DNA of 20,022 bases from the NCBI GenBank assembly GCA_965644295.1, contig CBFFRP010000537.1, positions 1 to 20,022 of the forward strand, in the 5' to 3' direction. Numbering within the stretch: the first letter of the stretch is position 1; every line of letters starts with the position of its first letter. Below are positions 9,945 through 20,022 of the stretch, one piece after another. Under the pieces are notes generated by a model, which was given only the letters and a program-made list of their open reading frames with translations, was not told where the DNA came from and ran no database searches. The stretch comes from Paraphysomonas bandaiensis. Lineage: Eukaryota > Protista > Chrysophyceae. The translations under genes were made by a program, and so were the position numbers.

Positions 9945-10474
9945 AGAGTGATTTTTTTTTAAGTTTACTATTTTTAATATTATCATATATGAGTACTTAA
10001 AAGTTATTTATAAAATATATAAGGTAATTTATTATTTAAAGTTTAGTATTATGTAAGAACTTAGAGTGATAAGGAAGGAGTATTTAAACTTTGCTTGTGA
10101 AAGTCTTATTATTAGCAATAGGCGTCAAGAATTGACACAGGATAAGTAGTTAGATGAAGACTAGTCAAGCTAGATCGACCTCTACCAGTAACGAACTAGG
10201 GTGAATTCTCATATTCTTCTGGTTCTCCCTGTACTCTCATTAAGGAAACTCTCCTATCCGGTGACGATAAACTGGATCTCCCAGTATCAATCAGCTGGTT
10301 TTGCTCGTCAGGTGCGTCACCATAGCTCAACAGCTACAATATGCAAACTGGAATTTACTTTATTTATTCCATGAAATTGTAAACACCACTAAAATAACAA
10401 TGAAATGAGATCAATACATATAATAGTATGATTACTGGTGATGCGACATATGATATATGGCTGAAATACGATAT

Positions 10475-10786
10475 TCAGAAAATAATACAGTTTTTCTTTG
10501 TTGTATATATCTGTGGCTCCTCCACAGTTCTGACCAAATCACACCATAGCATATGAGTCTGCGCAGACTGAGTAGACATCATAGTAAGGAACTCTGGGAA
10601 ATCTATGACACCATTGCAATCTGCATCAGCTGCTTGTAGCATGTCATGTATGTCACTGTCTGACAGGCTTAGTGTGTGCTTTTGTGATATGTTTTTCAGA
10701 TCTGTTTGACTGATAATTCCGTCGCCGTCATGATCTAAGAGGGTAAAGACAGCTCGATAGGATGTGATATCTTCCGCGGACAGCAT
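10475..10786 (-). CDS. Calmodulin-like EF-hand protein, N-lobe only (two EF-hands); possibly truncated or a pseudogene
   Basis: LSAEDITSYRAVFTLLDHDGDGIISQTDL...DIHDMLQAADADCNGVIDFPEFLTMM follows calmodulin EF1-EF2. Similarity stops afterwards. Confidence 0.7.
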   Translation of the reverse strand: MLSAEDITSYRAVFTLLDHDGDGIISQTDLKNISQKHTLSLSDSDIHDMLQAADADCNGVIDFPEFLTMMSTQSAQTHMLWCDLVRTVEEPQIYTTKKNCIIF

Positions 10787-10822
10787 ACACAGTCAGTTAG
10801 GACGTGGAAACTTGTAAGAAGA

Positions 10823-10823
<1 letters not shown>

Positions 10824-10853
<30 letters not shown>

Positions 10854-10915
10854 TGTATGTATGTATGTATGTATGTATGTATGTATGTATGTATGTATGT
10901 ATGTATGTATGTATG
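10824..10915. repeat. (TATG)23 microsatellite
   Basis: Perfect tetranucleotide run of 92 bp. Confidence 0.97.
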
Positions 10916-11715
10916 CACCAGTATCCCATTTGCTGGCCTAACTGAATGACTTGTTTAGAAGTTGTGATTCCTAGTTTTTGACAAGCATTGAAATAAAAGT
11001 TTACCACTATTACCAAAGTAAAAACGAGCCCCCGCACTTTCCACTTTGTGATTTATTGTGACGATTATATGGGTTCATGGCTGGATGAACAGGCCCCATA
11101 AGACCTTGATAATAGATAGATGGCGACGCACAATTGGGGGCACTGAAAAATGGCGACTCTAAAACGGGAAGAATGTGGTTGCCGGGCTATGATTTCGTTA
11201 AGGTATTTGTTAATCTGATATATTAAATTTTAGTACTATGATAGATGGTAGAAGCACTATCCAAATTGTTGTTCATATTAAAGAGAACTTTAGTACATTT
11301 TTAAGTTTGAGGTACTAAGACAGTTCCATTATAACGCACTTCCTACACAAAACGAGCTTTTATTGAAAATAACGTGACAATAGTACCTTACGAGCTTAAG
11401 TATTTCACAAGACAAATGTATAGCAGTGCAAAAGGTTCACACAAATACTATATATTAGGATTCATCTTAATATAAGATATAAGATAGTATATGGTATATG
11501 TGAAATAATGATTTATCTGTTGAAGTTACTTGATCGTCATCATAACGATCGTCATTGTCAATTATACTTCACACTATTCCGTTGTGTGCGATAGTTATGT
11601 TCTGCATTATTATTCACTTTTCTACATTCCTGTGTACATCACTTTACGCTCTAATAATCACAACATTCTACTTACTATTACTAGCTTAAATCTGCATTCG
11701 ATATAAAAGAATAAG

Positions 11716-12790
11716 CTAGTAATTCTGCTGGACCCTATTTCGTATAAACTTTCCGCTAATGTTTTCGGAATGATCATTCATAGATAGCCACACCGGTGTG
11801 TCGGCACCGGCATATGCGCTTTGCCCAACTATCCATGTTGCTACCCAGAATATTACGCTCATAAAAGACTTCCACTCACCACCTGCCATGTCGGTCCGAC
11901 ACAAACCTACAATTGGCATGAAATTAGCCATATATTGTATTTCTATTAATAGTGTGTACCTGGACAGCACGAATAAAATTGGACTGCCTGTGCCTCTTCT
12001 TTGTCCAGAACTCTCATCAGTTGTGTAACAGCAGTTTTGGATGTTCCATAGGCAGACCCGGAAAAACCCTTACCCTTGTGCTCACCATTCTGTGCAAGAG
12101 AGACAAATTCCTCCACCAGTTTATCCAAGTCGGAAACAGTAGCAGTTTCAGATAAAAATCTACACTGAATAACTTCACTTACAGATGATCCTTTCAGCTG
12201 GCCAGATGTACTAGATACGCTCACAACTCTCCCACCTCCATCAAGTACAGACCGGCGCAGAAGGGGTAAGAATGCTATAGTCGTGTTCTTTGTACCGTAA
12301 TAGTTTACATCGATGGTACTTCGTGCTTGTTGCGGAAATGGTGTTGAATCTGCCATCTTATAGGCAATCCCAGCGTTATTAATCAGTATATCTAGCCTGC
12401 CGAATTCGCTCTCTACTGCCCCTACTAATTCGGATATGCTAGCTTGATTAGATATGTCCAGACGTCGCGGGACCAGGTTGACTTCACTAGGTACAGCTGT
12501 ATGATTCATTGCGGATCGGATACTTTGAACAGCAGCAGTGGCGGACTCCAATGACCGAGATGATAGCATAACGGTACTCTTAGGCGATGATGCCAACACT
12601 TCACACATTCTGTGAACAATTTTCAAACCTATTCCTCGATTAGCACCTGTACACTATCTTAGAATATACCACCCCTCGACGGCCTCATCTTACCCGTCAC
12701 AAGTATAACGACACCTGTGCTGCTTGCTGCTCGAGTCACCTTACTTCCCATTGCTATACGCGATGTGACCTCAAATATGGTGTCTGACAT
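11716..12790 (-). CDS. Short-chain dehydrogenase/reductase, carbonyl reductase (CBR1)-like; exons 12790-12694, 12646-11960, 11906-11716 (~324 aa; alternative start 12751)
   Basis: Splicing restores VTGANRGIG. Also LINNAGIAYK, VNYYGT, RVVSVSS, catalytic YGTSK and CCPGLCRTDMAG. Introns are 47 and 53 nt, GT-AG. Confidence 0.92.
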
Positions 12791-13098
12791 GGCTCTGTGG
12801 GAGAATGGAATCTGGTTTCATATATACTTATAGCTACCACAGTGTGGTCATATCTACTACTGCTCTGTATCTATGGCTGCATTCCGCATTGGCATTGTGT
12901 ATTCTGCATTCCAGCTGCTCGCAGGCAATTCCAGACATACTATATCTGAAAACGGGGGTTTTGATCATAAAATAGGGGATTTTCTAGGTTATTGACCTAT
13001 TCGCACATGCCCACATACAGTAAATAGAGCTGGCTTTAATACTAGCTTAACCACGCAATAAAGTGAAATATTGCTCCTTGTAACCTTGTTGTATAGGC

Positions 13099-13655
13099 AT
13101 GAACAAACAACTTGAACAAGTTCGCAATGTTTTGAACAGTTTAGATGCACTTGGGTCAAGTGTTCGAGGCTCCAGCCCCCCTACTCCTGAAGACTTACTA
13201 GAGAGAATGTCAGTGCGCTGTAATCGTATACACTGTTATTACTCTTTCTTTTACTGTTTATATTATAATTGTAATATCATTGATTATGCCGTTGTTAATT
13301 ATTCTATTATGTAGAAACACTTATGTGGCTGAACTCAAAACATTACACGACACAGGGAATACGTCTAATTTTCCGGTGCCAATAGATCTCTTAGAGTATG
13401 CAGTACAGTGTCTATTGTAGTAAAGTTCTAATCTATTTTCAAAACAGATTCTTGGAGAGTGGTGATGTTCAAAACCCATGGCTATATATGCACAAGCAAT
13501 TTGAAGAATGTGAGGAGGCCGCATCGAGTGTAGTTGGAAGGCGTGTCCACTTGGAGGTAGAATGTGCCATTATAGATCATTATTTCTCTTTAAATTTCCA
13601 TTTACAGGATGTAGAGAAGGCTGTTCGCAATAAAACATCAGAAAACGCAACATAG
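13099..13655 (+). CDS. MED10: Mediator subunit 10 (Med10/Nut2)-like; exons 13099-13208, 13315-13395, 13448-13556, 13608-13655 (possible extra 5' micro-exon 13007-13019)
   Basis: The spliced ~115-aa product LLERINTYVAELKTL...PVPIDLLEFLESGDVQNPWLYMHKQFEEC...VVGR resembles the Med10 signature (P.evl.yid.g.NP.ly....e.......gk). All intron phases are consistent. Confidence 0.7.
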
Positions 13656-14356
13656 ACCGTGGATAATTTATACTTATCCAATCTATGTAGAATTGAATTT
13701 ATTAGTGAGCTAGATATGATAATGTTTAGAGGAACAATGCTTTCATCGTTGTGGTAATGCTGCTCCAGGTTGTATCGGGAGTAATGTAATTGAGAACACT
13801 TAGCTTTTAACTGTGGTTAATGTTTTTGTCTTATAATATAGTTCTTTATTGTTTAGTAGTTGAATCATGTTGACCACGCACTGTAATTAAAAGTAGGTCT
13901 ACACATTCTAAACGGAAAAATATGAATTCATATCAGTATATTCAGTTAAGCATCTAATTGCGTTCAAGTTTGGAGAAATTGTCGTACTATTCTAGTATAC
14001 ACATAATAGCTAATGTGATAGCTGAGCTGGTAACTAGTTGTGTATACTGTATACGTGTATACCTTTCAGGAATCAGTGACGTAGCACAAAGTCACAATTC
14101 GTACGTAGGCATCTATGCTGCTGCATAATTCTCTGTCAGTATTGATGAAAACTAATATTCAAAGTTTCTATCGAAAAAAGTGCAGATGCAATGGCTTCGC
14201 ATATCAGCGACAGTAACGTCAGATCTCAAATATAAGTCAACCTTTATTTAACAATATTGATGTCCATGGGTTTGATATAATTACTACTACAATGACATTG
14301 ATAAACACCAGCCCGTTTAATTCGTGACTGTCATTTATATTGAGAACGTTGATAGA

Positions 14357-15155
14357 TTATGACAGATCATATAACTTCAAAAAGAAGTTGACAACAATAG
14401 ACACTCCAAGAAGGACACTGAGAATGATAGGACCAGCGCGGTCTTCATAAGGGCCAGGATCTCGTCGACGTATCATTGCTGCCCGTCGCATATATAGCCA
14501 CAGGGAATAGCCACAGAACGCTATTGACACGGGCATTAACAGAAGGCCGTACAGCTGAGACCAGTCATTCGCGTCAGCAAAACTGATTCACAACGTTATC
14601 CTACGATGTTATAAATAGAATGCATCACTTACGCAACTATTGCCATAGATATAGAAGCCAGAGTCACCGACATATGTAGCCACGCCAGGAAAGTTCGTTC
14701 ATTGGCAAAAAACACCTTCGGCTCCACTTTCACTGGAACTTTTCTGGGCTTCTGCATCACAGGACTCCGGACTTTTTGATAGCCAGATCGCTTTTCCCAA
14801 GAAAAAGGGTTGAACCAATTCCATCCGTGCCGTGAGTCCATATCATGCCTATCCATTGCTGTTTGTGATTGGCTATTAGGGAACTTCACTTCGTTTAATA
14901 ATACTTACAGTTATCTCGTGATCGTAAACCCCCTTGAGATATTTCCATCTTCTCTTCTGCAGTACCTCTTGTGTGATAATCACGATCCTATAATTAAACA
15001 GTGATGTGTTAGTCTGTATGTCGTCTGTTTAAAGCTTAAAGGCTCACAATATTAGCAGAACTCGGTACTTTGTTCTTCAAGAAATAAAAGTTTTTCCCTT
15101 CGCCTCCAGCACTATTACTATGGGGCCGTAAGGGCGTGTGTTCGGAAGCAGACAT
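14357..15155 (-). CDS. VTC1: Vacuolar transporter chaperone VTC1-like (DUF202) membrane protein; exons 15155-15048, 14987-14909, 14858-14633, 14582-14357 (~212 aa)
   Basis: KVEPKVFFANERTFLAWLH, three hydrophobic segments and RRRDPGPYEDRAGP. Introns are 60, 50 and 50 nt with consistent phases. Confidence 0.88.
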
Positions 15156-15650
15156 ATTTATAGATTATATGTGCTTGTTGAGGTAAACCTCTAATTGTAA
15201 TGTGCTATGGTTATTGTGATGCAAACGACTGATTGACTGGCCAATTGTGTAAATTATACTGCCGTATACTGTATGGATGTGCCATATGGGATACATATCC
15301 ATACATACATCACTGTACTACATCAATAGCACATGAAGTGAAAAAATACAACCCTGCTTCAACCCTTTTCAAGTAGGAATTCCTACGAGTCTACACAGCA
15401 TACGGTGGGAGTACTGCTGTATACAACTGCTGATTGCCTAATTTTTAGTGATTTCTCAAAAAAAATTGCAGAAAATGTCAATATTTTAGAATGACCATGT
15501 GAGCTAAACCCCCAATATACAGTACCCTGATATACTGCTATACAGACAAACTCCTGCTTCCTGCAGCGCATGGAATCATATACATAGATTTTCGTATAAT
15601 CCACAGGCTAAAGAATTGATGATATAGACCACCCGCCATATCTGGACAGT

Positions 15651-17030
15651 ATGCAGGGAATCCCCGTGTCTTGTTCTCTTCGAGAGGAGGTGTTCGATGC
15701 AGGCGATGTGGTCACAGCTCTAATACGCATACGATCCCTACCAACTGAAGCCCTCTTATTTTCACAGGTATACACATATGTACGTATATATATATAGGGA
15801 GGGTGAGGTAAATATATGTATATTATGTATGTATGTGTAGATGTGTATGTATATCATAAATGTAATGGGGGGCTATACAGGCGGTAGGGGTTATTCAACT
15901 AGATAAAAGATGGGTCAAGACCCCCCCCACCCAGTCTATGAACCCAACAGCTATGCATGAGATTCTCCCGCCTCACTTACATCCCTCATCATCGTCTCAA
16001 CACACCAGTGTCATGTTCATTACCACCCGTGAGGCTCTTCCACTGACTCATGTCTGCGATGAAGGAGTCTACATACAGTTTGAACTCCCATCAGTGGCAT
16101 TGCCGTCATTCACTGGTATTGCCGGGTCTATATCTTACTACATCGGAATCACTCTGCATATTCAAGAGGAGACACTTCGGGCGTATTTTCCGTTCCGTGT
16201 GTATGGTACGGGTACTTCCACAATCTCTGACTGCAGGTTTGGATTGAAGCATCTCTCCTGTTTTATGTTCTAATGTCATCACAGTCCTAGCCCTCAGACA
16301 GTTTTCGCAGCGGCAGCTCTATCATATGACACCTTTATTGCAGGTATATGTAACCTCACCTCATCGGAAAGTTCTACTTTTTCTAGGAGAAATAGAGGAG
16401 GGATGGAGCCTGGAATACATATGTTTTCTATTCGAGATGAAAAAAGTGTGTGTGCAGTTACCTTGCACGGCCCACGCTCTCCAGACGCCGGAGACGGGAA
16501 CTTCCATTTAACCGCTCGTCCTGGGGACTGCATTCGAATGTACTTTGACTTTTCAAATGCCGAGCAGGAATGCTGGATGGTGCGCGCTCGGCTTGTGCAA
16601 CGCGAGAAGCATCCAGATGGCTCGCGATTACAAGAGAGAGTTCTGGATGAGCACTCGAGAGGGTCATCACACGCACTCAAATTTTCAACCCCCTTGAACA
16701 TTCCCACATCCGTTTCTCCTGCTTTTTACTGCCCAGGATTTAGCGTAAGCGCATGTACCTTCTCCTTTCTTGTCTTATCCTAATCAAATTCAGGTTGATT
16801 TTTGTGTAGAAGTGGAGTTTTTTCTTGGTGATGTTATGGGTAAGACAAGAAAGTCCCCTGAAGTTGAAAACTCAAAAGTTGCATCTTTAAAGAGTGACGA
16901 GTCGCTAACGTGGTCTTTCGGCCTTGATGTAGTATCTCCCGCTTCTGGAAATACACAATCATTAGTTGCTCATGGGTCCAACTGTCACTACGTTGATCCA
17001 GATGCTGTCATGGTTGTGTGCGCATCGTAG
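15651..17030 (+). CDS. RGP1: RGP1-like (Ric1-Rgp1 Rab6/Ypt6 GEF subunit, arrestin-like fold); exons 15651-15767, 15881-16236, 16285(or 16291)-16744, 16794-17030 (~389 aa)
   Basis: VFDAGDVV, FELPSVALPSFTGIAGSISYYI, PGDCIRMYFDFS, LNIPTSVSPAF..VDFCVEVEFF and LTWSFGLDV fit the Rgp1 pattern. Continuous frame after splicing. Confidence 0.72.
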
Positions 17031-17413
17031 GAACTATTTATGTTTAGAAAGTTATATTTTATATGTAAATAATATTCTACCTAGATGGACAGCCAGTTTT
17101 TTAATCATTTCTTGTGAAAGTAAATACTAGGGGATAGGGGATAGGGGATTTTAAATTTTCAGCTATCATTGAAAATTGAAAGTAATGTCCCCTTTGGTAG
17201 TTTAGTAGGTCATGTGCGTGTACCCTTTCCATACGAGGTATTCATGCCGGTAGATACAATGCTAATATATTAAATTTTCTTTGCCTACTTTTCTCAGCAT
17301 AACCTACGCATGGGAAATATCTTGTATCTTGTAATATAACAAATTTGATTCAACATACAACATAAATAAGATTTAAGGTTAGTCTTAATATTTAGTAAGA
17401 ATATACTTGATAT

Positions 17414-17621
17414 TATTAGAGATAAAGATTGAACGATAAGGCCTAATAGTATAATAGCAAGACACGTTTGAGCAGAGCGTTAGCACCACACACATGTGCG
17501 TATCTTGTACAGTCGCGTATCATGTATAGTTTGGTAATTATTCAGTCTATTTGGTATTTCATTGTATATGTGTGTTGTATTCACGCGTTAAGAGATATAC
17601 GTGAATCAATGACTCCTAATA
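17414..17621 (-). repeat. Putative 3' LTR (208 bp) of the copia element, termini TATTAG...CTAATA
   Basis: Begins immediately after the polypurine tract on the minus strand. 6-bp terminal inverted repeat. Confidence 0.7.
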
Positions 17622-17632
17622 CTCCCCCTCAA
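17622..17632 (-). other. Polypurine tract TTGAGGGGGAG
   Basis: Typical copia PPT located between the pol stop and the LTR. Confidence 0.85.
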
Positions 17633-17786
17633 TGAAATAATCATATGGCGTATACATAGATATATGGATATAGGTGTATATATTTGGAGATAGTTCTACT
17701 GAGGGTAAAACCCACGAGTGCAATCACAGATTGTGGATTACACTGATGTCAACATACAGCATACTCGTGGGAAACTCCGTAGATCT

Positions 17787-19802
17787 CTAAGTCATCCATC
17801 GTGGTCTCTTGGTTGAGTTCTCTGCCGGTGGGATAGATACTTTTGTTCTTTTATTGCTAGCAGGTATGTTGATACCTCCCCCCCCCATTAGTGAATCCCG
17901 CAATCTGTGGAACGTGTTTGATGTGAGGGGTTTAGTTAGAATGTCGGCCAGCATCTCGTTTGTAGGCATGTAATCAACAATAATAGAGTGCGATGCGACT
18001 TGTTCTCTTATGAAGTGATATCTGATGGCAATATGTTTTGTTCGTCGGTGGTGTACGGGGTTTAGGCATAGTTGAATTGCACCTTTGTTGTCACACCATA
18101 TGGTTGTTGAGTATGGCATGTGGAAGCCCAATTCCGAGAGTAGTGACCGTAGCCAAATAGCTTCTTGACATGCTGTTGATAGTGCCATGTACTCCGCTTC
18201 TGTAGAGGATAGAGCTACAGTGGTCTGGAGTCGTGATTGCCAGGAAATGAGACAATTTCCAATAAAGAAGCAAAACGCTGTGGTCGACCTGCGAGTTAAG
18301 TTACAGCGTGCCCAATCACTGTCAGCGAATCCAGTTAAAGTAACAGACTTCCCGGAGTACTGTAGACCTTGATCGATAGTGCCTTTGAGGTACCTAAGTA
18401 TGTTTAATGCGGCTTTGCATGTAGTTAGATTTGGATTAGTACTGAAACGAGCAAGGGTGTTTACAGCATATGCAATATCAGGTCTAGTGCACACAGCAAT
18501 ATACACAAGTGAACCTATGAGCTCCTTGTAAGGAAAATTTTGGACAAATTCTTGATTTTCTTGAGATAGTTGTTTCTTTTCGAGAATGTCTATATGAAAA
18601 TTTGTTGTCATGGGGTGACTACGTGGCTTGCAATCTTCCATGTTGAATCTGTGGAGTAGGTTCCGTATGTATTGAGATTGATTTAGAGTCGTAGTTCGAT
18701 TCTGTATATCCTGTTTGACGAATATGCCGAGGTAGTAATCTAGGAGGCCGAGATCATGAATGTCGAATTTTTCAGCTAACGAATTCTTGATTTGGATGAT
18801 GTCAGTCCTACTTTTACCGGCGATAATGATGTCATCGACGTAAACTGCCAGAATTATGGGTCGACCATTGATTGATTTCGTGAATATGCACGGGTCGGAC
18901 ACTAATCTGGTAAAACCACAGTCTAACAAATAATTAGTACAACATTTATACCAATTTAACCCGGACTGTTTGAGTCCGTATATTATACTCTTTAGAAGTC
19001 TGAGGACTTTACCGTTTGGAACATTGAGACCAGCGGGTGGATACATGTAAATTTCCTCTTGGAGGTCTGCATTGATGTAAGCAGTGGAGAAATCTACCTG
19101 GTGAAGCTCCAACCCAAGTATAGTTGCTAGTGCTATGACTGTTCTCATTGATGTGGCCTTTGCGACTGGGCTGTAGGTTTCGTTGTAGTCTTTACCCTCG
19201 ACCTGGGAGAAACCTTGAGCCACTAACCTCGCCTTGAAGGTAACCTCATCTCGCTTGACCTTTACCCTAAACACGAATTTTCCCCTTATAATGTTGGAAT
19301 TTGCTGGTGGTGTCGTTATCCTCCAACAGCCTTTGCTCTCTAGAGACTTGATTTCTTTGTTGATGGCTTTCAGCCATTGTTCCTTGTACCTGCCTGATAG
19401 TGCCTCGCCAACATTGTTAGGTGTGTTAGGTACATCATTGCTACATGTGTCATTTGCATGCATAATGATGTCAACATCATTCATGTATAATGTTCTGTAA
19501 CTATCATGTTTATCAGGTGTTTTGTGATTGTACAAATATCTTTTATCAACATCACAGTGGTATATATTATCACCGAATTTGTGTACATTCATGATTACCC
19601 TTTTCCTGGTCTGCCTCTTGCTGTGGAGACTTTTCTTTACGCAACGGCTCACCTTGTGTCGGTGGGGTGTCCTTACACCCGTAATTGTGCCATCCGGGCT
19701 TTGCCGGCTCCTGTCACCCTGGGAATTCACAGTCTTGATAGCTCGTTTGACCTTACGAGCAGGGTGATCACGCTTGTTGTCACCCCGTGCCTCCTTCGGC
19801 AC
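17787..19802 (-). CDS. pol: Ty1/copia pol, RT + RNase H part (gag, protease and integrase core not seen)
   Basis: KARLVAQGFSQ..G.DY.ETYSPV, QVDFSTAYINA, YGLKQSG, YVDD, TRPDI, FADSDWA, SSTEAEY, CDNKGAI, RTKHI and MLADILTK. Confidence 0.96.
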   Translation of the reverse strand: MPKEARGDNKRDHPARKVKRAIKTVNSQGDRSRQSPDGTITGVRTPHRHKVSRCVKKSLHSKRQTRKRVIMNVHKFGDNIYHCDVDKRYLYNHKTPDKHDSYRTLYMNDVDIIMHANDTCSNDVPNTPNNVGEALSGRYKEQWLKAINKEIKSLESKGCWRITTPPANSNIIRGKFVFRVKVKRDEVTFKARLVAQGFSQVEGKDYNETYSPVAKATSMRTVIALATILGLELHQVDFSTAYINADLQEEIYMYPPAGLNVPNGKVLRLLKSIIYGLKQSGLNWYKCCTNYLLDCGFTRLVSDPCIFTKSINGRPIILAVYVDDIIIAGKSRTDIIQIKNSLAEKFDIHDLGLLDYYLGIFVKQDIQNRTTTLNQSQYIRNLLHRFNMEDCKPRSHPMTTNFHIDILEKKQLSQENQEFVQNFPYKELIGSLVYIAVCTRPDIAYAVNTLARFSTNPNLTTCKAALNILRYLKGTIDQGLQYSGKSVTLTGFADSDWARCNLTRRSTTAFCFFIGNCLISWQSRLQTTVALSSTEAEYMALSTACQEAIWLRSLLSELGFHMPYSTTIWCDNKGAIQLCLNPVHHRRTKHIAIRYHFIREQVASHSIIVDYMPTNEMLADILTKPLTSNTFHRLRDSLMGGGGINIPASNKRTKVSIPPAENSTKRPRWMT

Positions 19803-20022
19803 TGTTGTAATCTTTCTGATGAGAAAGACCGTGTTTACAACGTTTTATATGAATTTAAAGTGCTTCCCAAACCGAGAATACACTGTCCAGAACACCAAAC
19901 CGGTGAAACTGCCTCCTAACACAAGCAAACCGCGAGTATAGAATGAATTAAATTACGTTAAAACGTGTAAAGAAAAAGTGAAATCATACAACACTCTATC
20001 TTGCTGTGAATCATCTACAGTT

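Larger units (their letters stand above)
17414..19835 (-). mobile_element. Ty1/copia LTR retrotransposon, 3' half; apparently 5'-truncated or interrupted near 19835
   Basis: Order is RT-RNaseH-PPT-LTR. An in-frame TAA lies about 12 codons upstream of 19802, and no integrase motifs are recognisable in 19835-20022. Confidence 0.85.

Noticed and set aside
10735-11037. ORF with IHTY repeats
   Set aside because: Translation of the (TATG)n microsatellite.
17128-17148. (TAGGGGA)3 G-rich repeat
   Set aside because: Only three G-tracts; too short to call a telomeric seed or G-quadruplex.
18091-19919. Small ORFs overlapping copia pol, and similar ones over the SDR, VTC1, RGP1 and PGG genes
   Set aside because: Alternate-frame or antisense shadows of well-supported coding regions.

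Overview
Eukaryotic genomic DNA from a compact genome with mostly ~47-60 nt GT-AG introns. A protist, possibly stramenopile-like, is my guess from gene style only. The left third (1-6400) is repeat and retroelement territory. It holds a near-perfect 233-bp tandem array built from two diverged ~100-nt hairpin subunits, then a C-poor GTATAGT/GAGATG minisatellite interrupted by a 5'-truncated non-LTR retrotransposon fragment with a 15-bp target-site duplication. A second, decayed relative of that element and a short Copia RT relic follow. The middle (7000-11000) has a recent tandem duplication of a small SPIRAL1/Jupiter-like PGG-motif gene, an orphan TPR exon and a two-EF-hand calmodulin-like ORF. 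The right part has four intact spliced genes in two divergent pairs (carbonyl-reductase-like SDR / MED10-like; VTC1-like / RGP1-like). It ends with the 3' half of a Ty1/copia element whose 208-bp LTR has non-canonical TA...TA termini. No CRISPR, rRNA or tRNA is evident. The 233-bp structured array is the best candidate for something undescribed. All calls come from manual reading; no searches or folding were run.
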